In this document: piece by piece, positions 19,635 to 29,189 of the stretch
How the letters are laid out: every line of letters begins with the position of its first letter
How positions within the stretch are numbered: the first letter of the stretch is position 1
Sequence record: SRR31156797_2902
DNA: 49,296 nt
Strand: one strand, 5' to 3'
Made by a program: the position numbers and the translations under genes
The notes under the pieces: model-generated
Seen by the model: only the letters and a program-made list of their open reading frames with translations
Told to the model about the DNA's origin: nothing
Databases searched by the model: none

Positions 19635-21032
19635 ATGGAAAATATTAAACAGTCGAAAGTTGCAGAATTACTCAAAAGCAAGGATGTTGACAGGTTAGTA
19701 AACGTAAAGGGATGGGCCCGATCGCACAGGGGAAGCGGAAAGATTTCATTTATCGCACTCAACGATGGCTCTATCATCCACAGCATTCAGGTGGTTGTTG
19801 AAAGAGACAATTTCGACCAGGAATTACTGAAAAGCATTACCAACGGCGCAGGAATCTCAGTGAATGGAACACTGGTAGAATCAAAAGGCAAAGGCCAGGC
19901 CGTTGAAATCATTGCTACCGAAATTGAACTGTACGGCAAGGTGGACCAGGAATCTTATCCTTTACAGAAAAAAGGCCACAGCATGGAGTTTTTACGTACC
20001 ATAGCTCACCTTAGGCCAAGAACCAATACTTTCGGGGCTGTTTTAAGAATTCGTCATGCACTGGCATTTGCCATACATAAATTTTACAACGACCGGGGCT
20101 TTTATTATCTGCATGCTCCCATCATCACCGGTTCTGATGCCGAGGGCGCCGGTGAAATGTTCAGGGTATCCACACTTGATCCAAAAAATCCTCCGGTAAA
20201 AGAGGATGGTACTGTGGATTACAGCCAGGACTTTTTTGGTAAACCCACTAACCTCACCGTTTCAGGTCAGCTTGAAGCCGAACTCGGAGCACTGGCACTT
20301 TCGCAGGTTTACACTTTCGGGCCAACTTTCAGGGCAGAGAATTCCAACACACCTCGTCACCTTGCAGAGTTCTGGATGATAGAACCAGAAATGGCTTTTT
20401 ATGATATCAAAGACAACATGGATCTGGCCGAGGATTTTCTGAAATACCTCGTTCAGTATGCCCTCGATAACTGCATGGACGACCTGGAGTTTTTGAATAA
20501 AATGTTTGATAAGGAATTGATCGACAGGCTAAAATCAATTGTGAGCATCAATTACGAAAGACTGTCATATACAAAGGCCATCGAAATCCTGGAAAAATCA
20601 GGAAGGAAATTTGAATTCCCGGTTAGCTGGGGCGTAGATCTGCAGGCTGAACATGAACGTTACCTCGTTGAGCAACATTTCAAAAAGCCGGTTATCCTTA
20701 CAGATTATCCGAAAGACATCAAAGCTTTCTACATGAAGCAAAATGATGATGGCAAAACAGTCCGTGCTATGGACGTGCTGTTTCCGACCATTGGGGAAAT
20801 AATTGGTGGTTCGCAAAGAGAGGAAAACCTTGAAGCACTGCAAAAACGTATCAAGGAAATGGACATCCCCGAAGAAACCATGTGGTGGTATATCGATACC
20901 CGGAAATATGGCACGGTTCCTCACAGCGGATTTGGACTGGGTTTCGAAAGGATGGTTCAGTTTGTTACGGGGATGAAAAACATCAGGGATGTAATACCTT
21001 TCCCACGAACACCTAAAAATGCAGAATTTTAG
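19635..21032 (+). CDS. asnS: Asparagine--tRNA ligase
   Basis: 'HLRPRTN', 'LTVSGQL', '[25 protein letters not shown]', '[10 protein letters not shown]', 'GFGLGFER', 'PFPRTP'. Confidence 0.98.
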   Translation: MENIKQSKVAELLKSKDVDRLVNVKGWARSHRGSGKISFIALNDGSIIHSIQVVVERDNFDQELLKSITNGAGISVNGTLVESKGKGQAVEIIATEIELYGKVDQESYPLQKKGHSMEFLRTIAHLRPRTNTFGAVLRIRHALAFAIHKFYNDRGFYYLHAPIITGSDAEGAGEMFRVSTLDPKNPPVKEDGTVDYSQDFFGKPTNLTVSGQLEAELGALALSQVYTFGPTFRAENSNTPRHLAEFWMIEPEMAFYDIKDNMDLAEDFLKYLVQYALDNCMDDLEFLNKMFDKELIDRLKSIVSINYERLSYTKAIEILEKSGRKFEFPVSWGVDLQAEHERYLVEQHFKKPVILTDYPKDIKAFYMKQNDDGKTVRAMDVLFPTIGEIIGGSQREENLEALQKRIKEMDIPEETMWWYIDTRKYGTVPHSGFGLGFERMVQFVTGMKNIRDVIPFPRTPKNAEF

Positions 21033-21112
21033 AAAAACTCCTTTTTTTTTCATACCCGGCTAACAAGCTGAAAAAAATTATATAAATTTACGCTATTCAA
21101 TAAAAAACCACT

Positions 21113-22585
21113 ATGGGCAAACAGGGGCTGTATCAACGACAGGAATTACAGGCAAAACTTTCTCCACAGCAAATCTTGCTGATGAGATTGTTGCAGGTCC
21201 CTACCATGGCACTTGAACAACGCATAAAACAGGAGATTGAAGAGAATCCGGCACTTGAAGAAACGGATGATATTGATGAGTCCGTCACTGATAGTCAGGA
21301 TGAAGAATACGAAAATGAGATGGACGACAAGGATAGTGATGAATTTGATCTGAACGATTATATTGATGATGATGAGATTCCATCTTACAAGCTCCAGGCC
21401 AACAACTACAGTAAGGACGATGAACGTAAAGAAATTCCTTATGCTTCCGGAAGTACTTTTCATGATAATCTGGTTTCTCAATTGGGGCTGCGCCGGCTGG
21501 ATGAAAAGCAGTTGACCATTGCCAATACTATTATTGGTAACCTGGACGATTCAGGATACCTTCAGCGTGAACTGGATGCCATGGTCGATGATCTGGCCTT
21601 CACCCAAAATGTAATGACAAATACCTCAGAAATACTTGAGGTATTACGCATGATCCAGGACCTTGACCCTGCTGGTGTTGGAGCCAGGAACCTCAAAGAA
21701 TGCCTGCTTATCCAGCTTAAACGCAAACAGCACGAAAGCCCTGAGAAAAACCTGGAACTGCCCATCCTGATCATCGAAAGGTATTTCAACGAATTCACCA
21801 AAAAGCACTACGAAAAGATCACCAAGAAAGCCAAGATTGATGATGAGCAGCTGAAGTTTGCAATCAACGAGATCCTGAAACTCAACCCGAAACCAGGCAA
21901 TTCCATGGGAGAAACCACCAAGACCAATCAGTATATCTCCCCTGATTTCATTATTACGATAAATGATGGCAAGCTTGAGCTTACAGTTAATTCGAGAAAT
22001 ACTCCGGAGCTCAGGCTCAGCAAAACCTACCTGGGTATGATGGAAGCCTATGCTGCCGATAAAAACAAAAAAAGCGTTACGAAAAGGGAAGCCATGCTGT
22101 TTGTTAAACGAAAGATTGACAATGCAAAGTGGTTTATTGATGCCATCAGGCAACGGCAAAACACGCTTCATGTTACGATGGAGGCCATCATGAATTACCA
22201 GAAGGAGTATTTTCTTACCGGTGACGAAACCAACCTGCGCCCCATGATCCTGAAGGACATTGCTGATATTGTAAACCTCGACATTTCAACCATATCACGT
22301 GTGGCCAGCAGCAAATATGTGCAAACCGCCTATGGAACTTTTCTACTCAAAAGTTTCTTTTCGGAGGGAATGCAAACAGAATCAGGAGAGGAAGTTTCGA
22401 CCCGTGAAATCAAGAAAATACTGCAGGACTGTGTGGAAGGGGAAGATAAGATAAAGCCACTCACCGACGAACAGCTCACTAAAATACTGAAAGAAAAAGG
22501 CTATAGTATTGCACGCCGCACAGTAGCCAAATATCGCGAACAGCTTAGCATTCCCGTGGCCCGACTTCGTAAGGAACTAAAGTAA
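21113..22585 (+). CDS. rpoN: RNA polymerase sigma-54 factor
   Basis: 'LSPQQI', 'ENPALE', 'DPAGVGARNL.ECL', 'PMILKDIA', 'STISRV', RpoN box 'ARRTVAKYRE'. Confidence 0.97.
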   Translation: MGKQGLYQRQELQAKLSPQQILLMRLLQVPTMALEQRIKQEIEENPALEETDDIDESVTDSQDEEYENEMDDKDSDEFDLNDYIDDDEIPSYKLQANNYSKDDERKEIPYASGSTFHDNLVSQLGLRRLDEKQLTIANTIIGNLDDSGYLQRELDAMVDDLAFTQNVMTNTSEILEVLRMIQDLDPAGVGARNLKECLLIQLKRKQHESPEKNLELPILIIERYFNEFTKKHYEKITKKAKIDDEQLKFAINEILKLNPKPGNSMGETTKTNQYISPDFIITINDGKLELTVNSRNTPELRLSKTYLGMMEAYAADKNKKSVTKREAMLFVKRKIDNAKWFIDAIRQRQNTLHVTMEAIMNYQKEYFLTGDETNLRPMILKDIADIVNLDISTISRVASSKYVQTAYGTFLLKSFFSEGMQTESGEEVSTREIKKILQDCVEGEDKIKPLTDEQLTKILKEKGYSIARRTVAKYREQLSIPVARLRKELK

Positions 22586-22610
22586 CGGCCCAAACCTGCA
22601 GATTTTTTTT

Positions 22611-23219
22611 ATGGAAAATCGTATTACCACCATCCTGTCAAGAATATTTAACCCGCTATTGATTACATCCATCTTTATGATGGTGATGCTGAATCTGCAA
22701 TTTTATTTTGCAACCTCTATTCCGCAATCATCACGGTGGATGATCCTTGGCCTGACCCTGATCACCACACTCATCATACCTGCATTGTTGAGTAATGTGT
22801 TGCATATACTGCTAAAAAAACGGCTTGCAATAGAGGGGAAAGACGCCAGGCTCTTGCCACTGGCCATTACTGCGGTTTTATATTTATTCACTTACCACCT
22901 GTTCGACCGGATAAACCTGTCTCCAATTTTCAGTCTATTCATCCTGGGTATGGCCAGTCTCGCCGTGATTTCCATGCTGGTCATCATTTTTAAAAATATC
23001 AGTATTTATATGGTGGGCAGCGGTGCTTTGGTTGGAGGTTTCACTGGAATTCACCTGACCTTACAGGTTAACCTGATGGTATACATTATTTTAGCTTTAC
23101 TGATAGCCGGCCTGGCTGGTTTTTCGAGGTTATCATCAGGTAATCATAAACCTACAGAAATCTATACAGGTTTTTTTACCGGCATGGTTATCATGCTGGC
23201 ACATTATCTTTATTTGTGA
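22611..23219 (+). CDS. Integral membrane protein, PAP2-like C-terminal motif
   Basis: About 6-7 TM helices; 'SRLSSGNHKPTEIYTG' resembles the PAP2 C3 motif. Confidence 0.6.
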   Translation: MENRITTILSRIFNPLLITSIFMMVMLNLQFYFATSIPQSSRWMILGLTLITTLIIPALLSNVLHILLKKRLAIEGKDARLLPLAITAVLYLFTYHLFDRINLSPIFSLFILGMASLAVISMLVIIFKNISIYMVGSGALVGGFTGIHLTLQVNLMVYIILALLIAGLAGFSRLSSGNHKPTEIYTGFFTGMVIMLAHYLYL

Positions 23220-23222
23220 AAA

Positions 23223-23903
23223 CTAGAAAGGCATCAAAGAAATACCCACAGATATGGGGTAAGTTTCCGGACCCTTGTTTTTGGTAAATAAATTGGTAAG
23301 CGAATAAAAGCCGGTGAGATTGATGAATTTCCACCCAAACCTTCCGGTAATTCCATACCTGAATTTTTCGATATTGGGAACATCTTTAACTTTAAAATGC
23401 AGGTTGTCACCTGAGTTAAACAGGTAATCATCACCACGGTATTTTGTGTGGCTATCGATGAGGAATCCAAATTTAAAACCTACTGATGCACGAATATCAC
23501 TTTTTGTGCGCAATCTGAATTCAACAGGTATATCAAAATAGGTGTAGGAGATTTTGTTCTTCTTGTAATTGGTGCCCGGATATAGCGAACTGATGGGTCT
23601 GAAATGCGAAACATTGTTTGTGTCTTCCACAACCAGCGCATCGGTTTTCAAATTGTGTGATCCAATTCCGATACCAAAAGCAAAACTGAAGTCACTCTTC
23701 CCAATCCGATAATCATAAAGTCCTGAAAAATCAACACCGAGATTAAAAAAGTTAGGGTCCACAGAATCGGGCATGTTAACATAAAAGTCGTTAACCACGG
23801 TGAAGATGGCACTGAAATTTTTTCGTGTACTTTCATCCACTTGCTGCGAAAAACCCTGGTAACTTATAACCATCACTATAAAAACGAGCAAAATTCTTTT
23901 CAT
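23223..23903 (-). CDS. Outer membrane beta-barrel (porin family) protein
   Basis: Signal peptide; 'YFDIPVEFRLRT', alternating beta-strands, terminal Phe. Confidence 0.8.
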   Translation of the reverse strand: MKRILLVFIVMVISYQGFSQQVDESTRKNFSAIFTVVNDFYVNMPDSVDPNFFNLGVDFSGLYDYRIGKSDFSFAFGIGIGSHNLKTDALVVEDTNNVSHFRPISSLYPGTNYKKNKISYTYFDIPVEFRLRTKSDIRASVGFKFGFLIDSHTKYRGDDYLFNSGDNLHFKVKDVPNIEKFRYGITGRFGWKFINLTGFYSLTNLFTKNKGPETYPISVGISLMPF

Positions 23904-23998
23904 CGGTATCAGTACTTAATTCAGATTTCAAATTTGGTGCACAAAACTTAAATGCACATGATTTACTTTTGAGTTAACTTACAAAAGCATCAAATATT

Positions 23999-24346
23999 TC
24001 ATTTCTGGGTAATTTCACCTTCACCCACCATTTCCATTGTGGTGGAAATTCTGCAATTTTCCTTACTGCTTTCCATATAAAAAATATACACCGGATTTTC
24101 ATTGCGTAGCAGGTCAACCACTGATGGCAACTCGCTCATATGAAAGTAATAATAATAGAGATTATACTTTTTATCGGGTTCGGGTAACGTGGCACCATCC
24201 ACCATAAAATTAAGATATCCTAAAAATTGGCTTTCGCTTGTAAGCATAATTACTGCTTTTATATCAGCATCTCCTGAGCGGGACGAAAACATCATACAAG
24301 AGTACTTGTCGATGGTTTTAATTTCAATTTCGTTTGCCATGTTCAT
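23999..24346 (-). CDS. Conserved-looking hypothetical protein
   Basis: 115-aa ORF with 'VVDLLRNENPVY...ISTTMEMVGEGE'; fills the gap co-directionally. Confidence 0.7.
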   Translation of the reverse strand: MNMANEIEIKTIDKYSCMMFSSRSGDADIKAVIMLTSESQFLGYLNFMVDGATLPEPDKKYNLYYYYFHMSELPSVVDLLRNENPVYIFYMESSKENCRISTTMEMVGEGEITQK

Positions 24347-24482
24347 TTAATTTTTTATTTCCCACAAAGATGCAACCTTTTAGGCAAATAATTAGAAATT
24401 AGACCTGAAAAAAAACCATAAAACGGGCCTCAATCCTTATAGAAGGATCATGGCCTGTGCTATTAAAACAGGAGTGCAAAAC

Positions 24483-24814
24483 GTCGGTATGCGTTTTTAG
24501 CCTTTGGGCGAAGAGTTACTTTACCGGGGAAGTATTCACAATACATTTACTCCAAAATATGGAGAGAATGGTGCATTCATTATCTACAGACTGGTATTTG
24601 CTTTAACACATCTCGCTCAATTCGGGATTGTTTTCTACGAGGGAACATGGGAATTTTTTTCATGCCGGCATTCATCTGGGTGACTATTATGCTTCCTGCC
24701 TGCAGGCATTTCTTCATTTTCAAAATGAACCCGGGTTCCATCATCGGCGCAATTTTGGGCCATGCCGGGTTTAACCCGGGAATGACCTGATATTTTTTTT
24801 ACCAGATCCCGTAA
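24483..24814 (+). pseudogene. CPBP (CAAX/Abi) intramembrane metalloprotease pseudogene, 3' fragment
   Basis: Hand translation: VGMRF*PLGEELLYRGSIH...FALTHLAQFGIVFYEGTWEFF / frameshift in T7 at 24654-24660 / MPAFIWV...GSIIGAILGHAGFNPGMT*YFFYQIP*. Retains the EExxxR, FxxxH and HxxxN motifs. Confidence 0.8.
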
Positions 24815-24816
24815 AA

Positions 24817-25890
24817 CTATTTTTTTCGTTTGAAAGCAAGTGCCTTTAAAATCCATCGTGGTAATGGTTTTTCAGGATCGCGCTTATCCAGGTTCAACGC
24901 AATATTGAATTTCTCAATGATGGGTATTTTGTGTGTTTCAACAAATTCAATGGGTATACCGTCAGGGTCGGAAATGTAACCAAAGTGGCCGGCAGCTTCT
25001 CCCATGTCGAAACTATTACCGCCTTCTATCTGGCTGGTACTGTCGACTGTAAAAGTGTATCCTGCCTGTTTGCATTTTTCCTTCAACTCACCAAAACCGG
25101 TAACATCAAAACAAAGATGAATAAAACCTGGGTCGCCCCATATTCTGCCTTTGTAAATCTCTTCGGGTTCACGATCCTGGGCCTGAATCAATTCGATTTG
25201 TGTGGGCCCGAAAAACTGAGAAAAGGCGCCTTTTCTTGGCTCAGCATGCGAAAGCAATACCCGCCTGAATTTGCCATCGCCACCGGGCAGGTTTGGTAAA
25301 TCATCAAAAGTACCTGTTTCATCATACAGTACCTCATCATAGGCCAGTAATTCCTGGTAAACCTTCATCGATTTTCCAATATCTGAAACACCAATCACTG
25401 CTCCGAATACACCACCATTTTGCGATTTGCCCTTGCTAAAAAAGGATTGTTCCTCCACTATCTGAAAAATGTTGCCCCAGGGATCATAAGCAAAAAAACT
25501 ACCTTTTCCATTTGGTGCATCCAACACCGTACCTGAAACCTTTACCTTTTTGCGATAAAGATCCTGGAATGATTTACGGATGTCTTTGGTTTTAAGTTTG
25601 CAAATGTTAATCCCGATGTCACCCAATTTCATTTCAAAACCGGGGGGTTCAGGTTTTTTTCCGGTATGCTGCCAAATTTCAAAGCCGCCTCCACCGTGCA
25701 TGTTCAGCGCAAGTACAGCATGCCTTTCGCGTGGCTGCCCTTCGGTGTAGTGCAGCATAAATTCGGCCACAGCCCTTTCATCAAAAATTTCGATATCCAT
25801 TCCAAAATTTTTCCTGTACCATTCGTACCCTGAATACAAATCCACTACCCCGATTCCCATTTGCTGAATACCTACAATGTTGATCCCCAT
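24817..25890 (-). CDS. VOC (glyoxalase/bleomycin resistance) family protein, two-domain
   Basis: 'GIQQMGIGV', 'GGGFEIWQ', 'DPWGNIFQ', 'IELIQ', 'WGDPGFIHLCFDV', 'DPDGIPIEFVE'. Confidence 0.88.
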   Translation of the reverse strand: MGINIVGIQQMGIGVVDLYSGYEWYRKNFGMDIEIFDERAVAEFMLHYTEGQPRERHAVLALNMHGGGGFEIWQHTGKKPEPPGFEMKLGDIGINICKLKTKDIRKSFQDLYRKKVKVSGTVLDAPNGKGSFFAYDPWGNIFQIVEEQSFFSKGKSQNGGVFGAVIGVSDIGKSMKVYQELLAYDEVLYDETGTFDDLPNLPGGDGKFRRVLLSHAEPRKGAFSQFFGPTQIELIQAQDREPEEIYKGRIWGDPGFIHLCFDVTGFGELKEKCKQAGYTFTVDSTSQIEGGNSFDMGEAAGHFGYISDPDGIPIEFVETHKIPIIEKFNIALNLDKRDPEKPLPRWILKALAFKRKK

Positions 25891-25895
25891 AATTT

Positions 25896-26693
25896 TTATG
25901 TTGATTTTATCTTTCCGGCAATTGTAAAAAACAAAGATGGGAAAAATCGTTTTATGTACACCATCAAAATTTCTTTTCTGCCAATGTAAATCTCGCGCTT
26001 TTTACGCTGTATCGCTTCCAGATACTTGTGTGCGCATATTTCTGCCGGCATGCCTTTATCCTGTCCTTCGTCCATTTTTCGATAAGGTTTTCCATCGGAA
26101 AGCAGTGCACTTTTCGAGATTTCCGTTTTTATCCTCCCTGCACAAACGATTGTAACATAAATGTTATTTTTCCTTTCTTCGAGACTCAACGACTCAAAAT
26201 AGCCATAAATTGCATGCTTTGCCGCTGCATACGCCGATCGTAAAGGGAAACCAAACTTCCCCGTGAGACTGCTCGTAACAGCAATGTGGCCACCCCCATT
26301 TTGCTTCATCATTCCCAATAGCTCTTTAACAATCAAAATATTGCTAAAGTAGTCCAACTCCATAATTTCACGATCCACGTGTTCCTCTGTTTCAGCGGCA
26401 TACCCACGTTGACTCTTACCGGCATTCAGGATCAGGACATCAATTTTACCATAAATTTCTTTTGCCTGCCTGGCCAGCTTTTTGGTATTTTCAGCATTTG
26501 ACAGGTCTCCAGGTAATGCATTAATGTTTCTTCCGGCCTCATTTAATGAACTAATTGCCCGTTGGAGCTTCTCCGTGTTTGAAGAAGTAACGATGAGTTT
26601 CGCATCCTGTTGGTATAGAATTTTCATCAACCAAAACCCTATCCCCGACGAGGCACCCGTTATCCAAACCACTTTTTGCCGATAAAAGCCCAT
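25896..26693 (-). CDS. SDR family oxidoreductase (DHRS7-like)
   Basis: 'WITGASSGIG', 'LNAG', catalytic 'YAAAK'. Likely start ATG 26693. Confidence 0.92.
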   Translation of the reverse strand: MGFYRQKVVWITGASSGIGFWLMKILYQQDAKLIVTSSNTEKLQRAISSLNEAGRNINALPGDLSNAENTKKLARQAKEIYGKIDVLILNAGKSQRGYAAETEEHVDREIMELDYFSNILIVKELLGMMKQNGGGHIAVTSSLTGKFGFPLRSAYAAAKHAIYGYFESLSLEERKNNIYVTIVCAGRIKTEISKSALLSDGKPYRKMDEGQDKGMPAEICAHKYLEAIQRKKREIYIGRKEILMVYIKRFFPSLFFTIAGKIKST

Positions 26694-27123
26694 ACCTGTT
26701 TTAATATGCGGCGAAATTAACAAAAACAACCAACAAATTTTTATCACCAATATGAAACGGTGGCATATAATCACCTACCTAAATTAGGTGGCAAAAATGG
26801 TTGTTTTTCTGATCAAGATTCTGAAACAAAAATCCGATTGGTTTTTGGAAAGCTTCTGTAGTTGCTTATGCCCAAAACTGTCAAATAAATTCTTTACATT
26901 CCATTTGCGCCAAATCCTACCCATGTCAATTCTATCAACAAGTTTTTAGCCAGCGAATTTTTTCATCTGGATTCAATATTCCTGATCAGATATCGATTGC
27001 AGTTGACAATCTGCGATGACCAAGTTCCTGGTAAATATTTTTTAAAATTTTATTAAACAAATTGAAAAAATTTGAAACATGATAAACAGTTAAATACTTC
27101 TGGTGTTTAAGCCAAAAAGAATG

Positions 27124-27165
27124 GTTGTTAATTTAATAACAATAGTTGTTAGTTTAATAACATAT
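27124..27165. promoter_or_regulatory. Tandem pair of palindromic sites upstream of carbonic anhydrase
   Basis: gttgttaatttaataaca / gttgttagtttaataaca: 17/18 identical, 21-bp period, each TGTTA-N6-TAACA. Confidence 0.5.
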
Positions 27166-27202
27166 AAAAGCCAATCATTACTAACATAAAATTTAATGCC
27201 GT

Positions 27203-27931
27203 ATGAAATCACTTATTAGAAGCCTGAGTTTATTAACTGCAATTTTTGTCATAATGCTGTCTGTTAGCGCTGAACCAAATGCGTTAAATCCAAACCCGAA
27301 GGGTGACGATGTGCTCACCGCCAGGTCGCAAGCCAAGTTAACCCCAAAAGCTGTATTAATCGATTTAATGAATGGGAACGAGCGGTATATGAACAACAAC
27401 CTGACCGAGCATGAAAATATCATGGATGAAGTTAAGCAAACTGCTTCAGGTCAGTATCCAAAGGCGGTAATCCTTTCATGTATCGACAGTCGCGTACCCG
27501 TTGAATATGTATTTGATCAAGGTGTGGGAGATATTTTTACTGCACGAGTAGCTGGTAATTTCGTAAACGAAGATATTTTGGGCAGCATGGAATTTGGCGC
27601 AAAAGTAGCTGGCTCCAAAGTTGTTCTTGTTTTAGGCCATGAAAGCTGCGGAGCTGTTAAATCAGCAATCGATGATGTTAGAATGGGAAATATTACACCC
27701 ATGCTCGAAAAAATTCAGCCTGCTGTGAGGGCTTCAGAAGATTTTAAAGGCGAAAAGTCAACAAAAAATCCTGAGTATGTTGCACATGTTTGCGAAAACA
27801 ATGTTATGCTTACGATTGAAAACATCAGGGAAAGAAGCCCAATCTTGAAAGAAATGGAAGAAAATGGAGAAATCATGATCGTGGGAGCAGTTTATGACCT
27901 TGACACAGGAAAAGTAATTCTGGTAGAATAA
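27203..27931 (+). CDS. Beta-class carbonic anhydrase with signal peptide
   Basis: Zn ligands 'SCIDSRVP' and 'GHESCGAV', 'RVAGN', 'GAVYDLDTG'; hydrophobic N-terminus. Confidence 0.95.
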   Translation: MKSLIRSLSLLTAIFVIMLSVSAEPNALNPNPKGDDVLTARSQAKLTPKAVLIDLMNGNERYMNNNLTEHENIMDEVKQTASGQYPKAVILSCIDSRVPVEYVFDQGVGDIFTARVAGNFVNEDILGSMEFGAKVAGSKVVLVLGHESCGAVKSAIDDVRMGNITPMLEKIQPAVRASEDFKGEKSTKNPEYVAHVCENNVMLTIENIRERSPILKEMEENGEIMIVGAVYDLDTGKVILVE

Positions 27932-27961
27932 ATTATCCTTCAAAATATTCCATATATCCAC

Positions 27962-27999
27962 GGCCCGGCCAGGAATGTACTCCTGCCGGGCCATTTTTT
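27962..27999 (+). terminator. Rho-independent terminator
   Basis: ggcccgg-c-cagga...tcctg-ccgggcc stem followed by attttttg. Confidence 0.75.
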
Positions 28000-28048
28000 G
28001 CCCGGGCATGAATTTATGAAATAATGTAACTTTGTTAAAACTTTGATT

Positions 28049-29059
28049 ATGAACAACAAGGAAAATACGCTGGTACCGAGAATTGCCTGGTCCTCGATCA
28101 TCAACCCCGAAGGAGAACCAATAATTGACGGAGCCAACCAATTTGGCGACGCGCTCCAACATGCAGGATTTGCCATCATTACAGGTGCGCCATTCCGTAG
28201 CGACCTCATGGCACAGAACTATGATCTCATGAAAAAGGTTTTTGGCCTGGGTGTTGAAAAACTTACGGCAGGATATGCCCATCCTGAGATTGGCTACCAA
28301 CGCGGATACATGCCCAGCCTCACCGAAGTGGGCATAAGATGTGGCAATGAACCGGACGATAAAGAAGTGATGGCGTTTGGGTCGTACCACAATGTTGATG
28401 TTGCTGAGATTCCAGGGTACACCCAAATCGTTGAAGAATATTATGCAGCCTGCCAGGATGTTGGATTTCAACTGATGTTGGCGCTATCCGTTTATTTCGA
28501 CAACAGTGGCGGTGAAACACCCTATATCAAATCACTGTTCTTTGATGAGGATGGCAATAAAACCGATGATTCTCACATGCGTCACATTTGTTATCCCGGA
28601 ACAGCCAAAAGAATGGCCTGCGCACATACAGACTCAAACATGATAACCCTGCTCCCTGCAGCAACAGGCGGAGGACTTGAACTATTGAACAACCGAAGTG
28701 AGTGGATGCCTGTGAAAACGCAGGATGGAGACCTGGTGATCAATGCCGGTGACATGCTTAATTTTATAAGCGGGGGCAAAATGAAAAGTACGCTTCACAG
28801 GGTTGAAAACAAATTTAAAGACCCCGACAGGAAACGATATTCCATGCCATTCTTTTACCATCCTGATCACTCAAAAACATTGAAAATCCTGCCGTCTTGT
28901 GCTGGGCATACCGGTGAAGACAGAATGTTCCCGTATAAAGAGGTGACAGGCTATGCTTTACTTTTCGAATTGTTGAATTTGTACAAGGTAATCCCTGAGG
29001 GTGTAGCGTTTAAACAATGGCACAATTCCATGGAATATTTGAAGCAAAATGGTTTTTAA
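28049..29059 (+). CDS. 2-oxoglutarate/Fe(II) dioxygenase, isopenicillin N synthase family
   Basis: 'GYQRGY', HxD 'AHTDSN', 'NAGDML', distal His 'STLHRV', RxS 'RYSMPFF'. TAACTTTG -7 element at 28027-28034. Confidence 0.9.
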   Translation: MNNKENTLVPRIAWSSIINPEGEPIIDGANQFGDALQHAGFAIITGAPFRSDLMAQNYDLMKKVFGLGVEKLTAGYAHPEIGYQRGYMPSLTEVGIRCGNEPDDKEVMAFGSYHNVDVAEIPGYTQIVEEYYAACQDVGFQLMLALSVYFDNSGGETPYIKSLFFDEDGNKTDDSHMRHICYPGTAKRMACAHTDSNMITLLPAATGGGLELLNNRSEWMPVKTQDGDLVINAGDMLNFISGGKMKSTLHRVENKFKDPDRKRYSMPFFYHPDHSKTLKILPSCAGHTGEDRMFPYKEVTGYALLFELLNLYKVIPEGVAFKQWHNSMEYLKQNGF

Positions 29060-29189
29060 ACAGAGGGTGGAAATTAATTTTAGCATACGGGAAACCAGAT
29101 ATTTAACAGTTTTTTAGGTGAAAAAGATCTGGTAATATCAACAATATTATTTTACTGATGTTATCCTTTTAGTTTAAAATCAAATCGTT

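Noticed and set aside
24788-24790. In-frame TGA as selenocysteine or alternative genetic code
   Set aside because: It lies in a fragment that also has a TAG and a frameshift, and intact genes in the window use TGA as a normal stop.
26694-27120. Possible ncRNA, pseudogene or sigma-54 promoter in the long SDR-carbonic anhydrase intergenic region
   Set aside because: I could not recognise a reading frame, stable structure or convincing GG-N10-GC motif by eye; an Rfam/blastx search would be needed.
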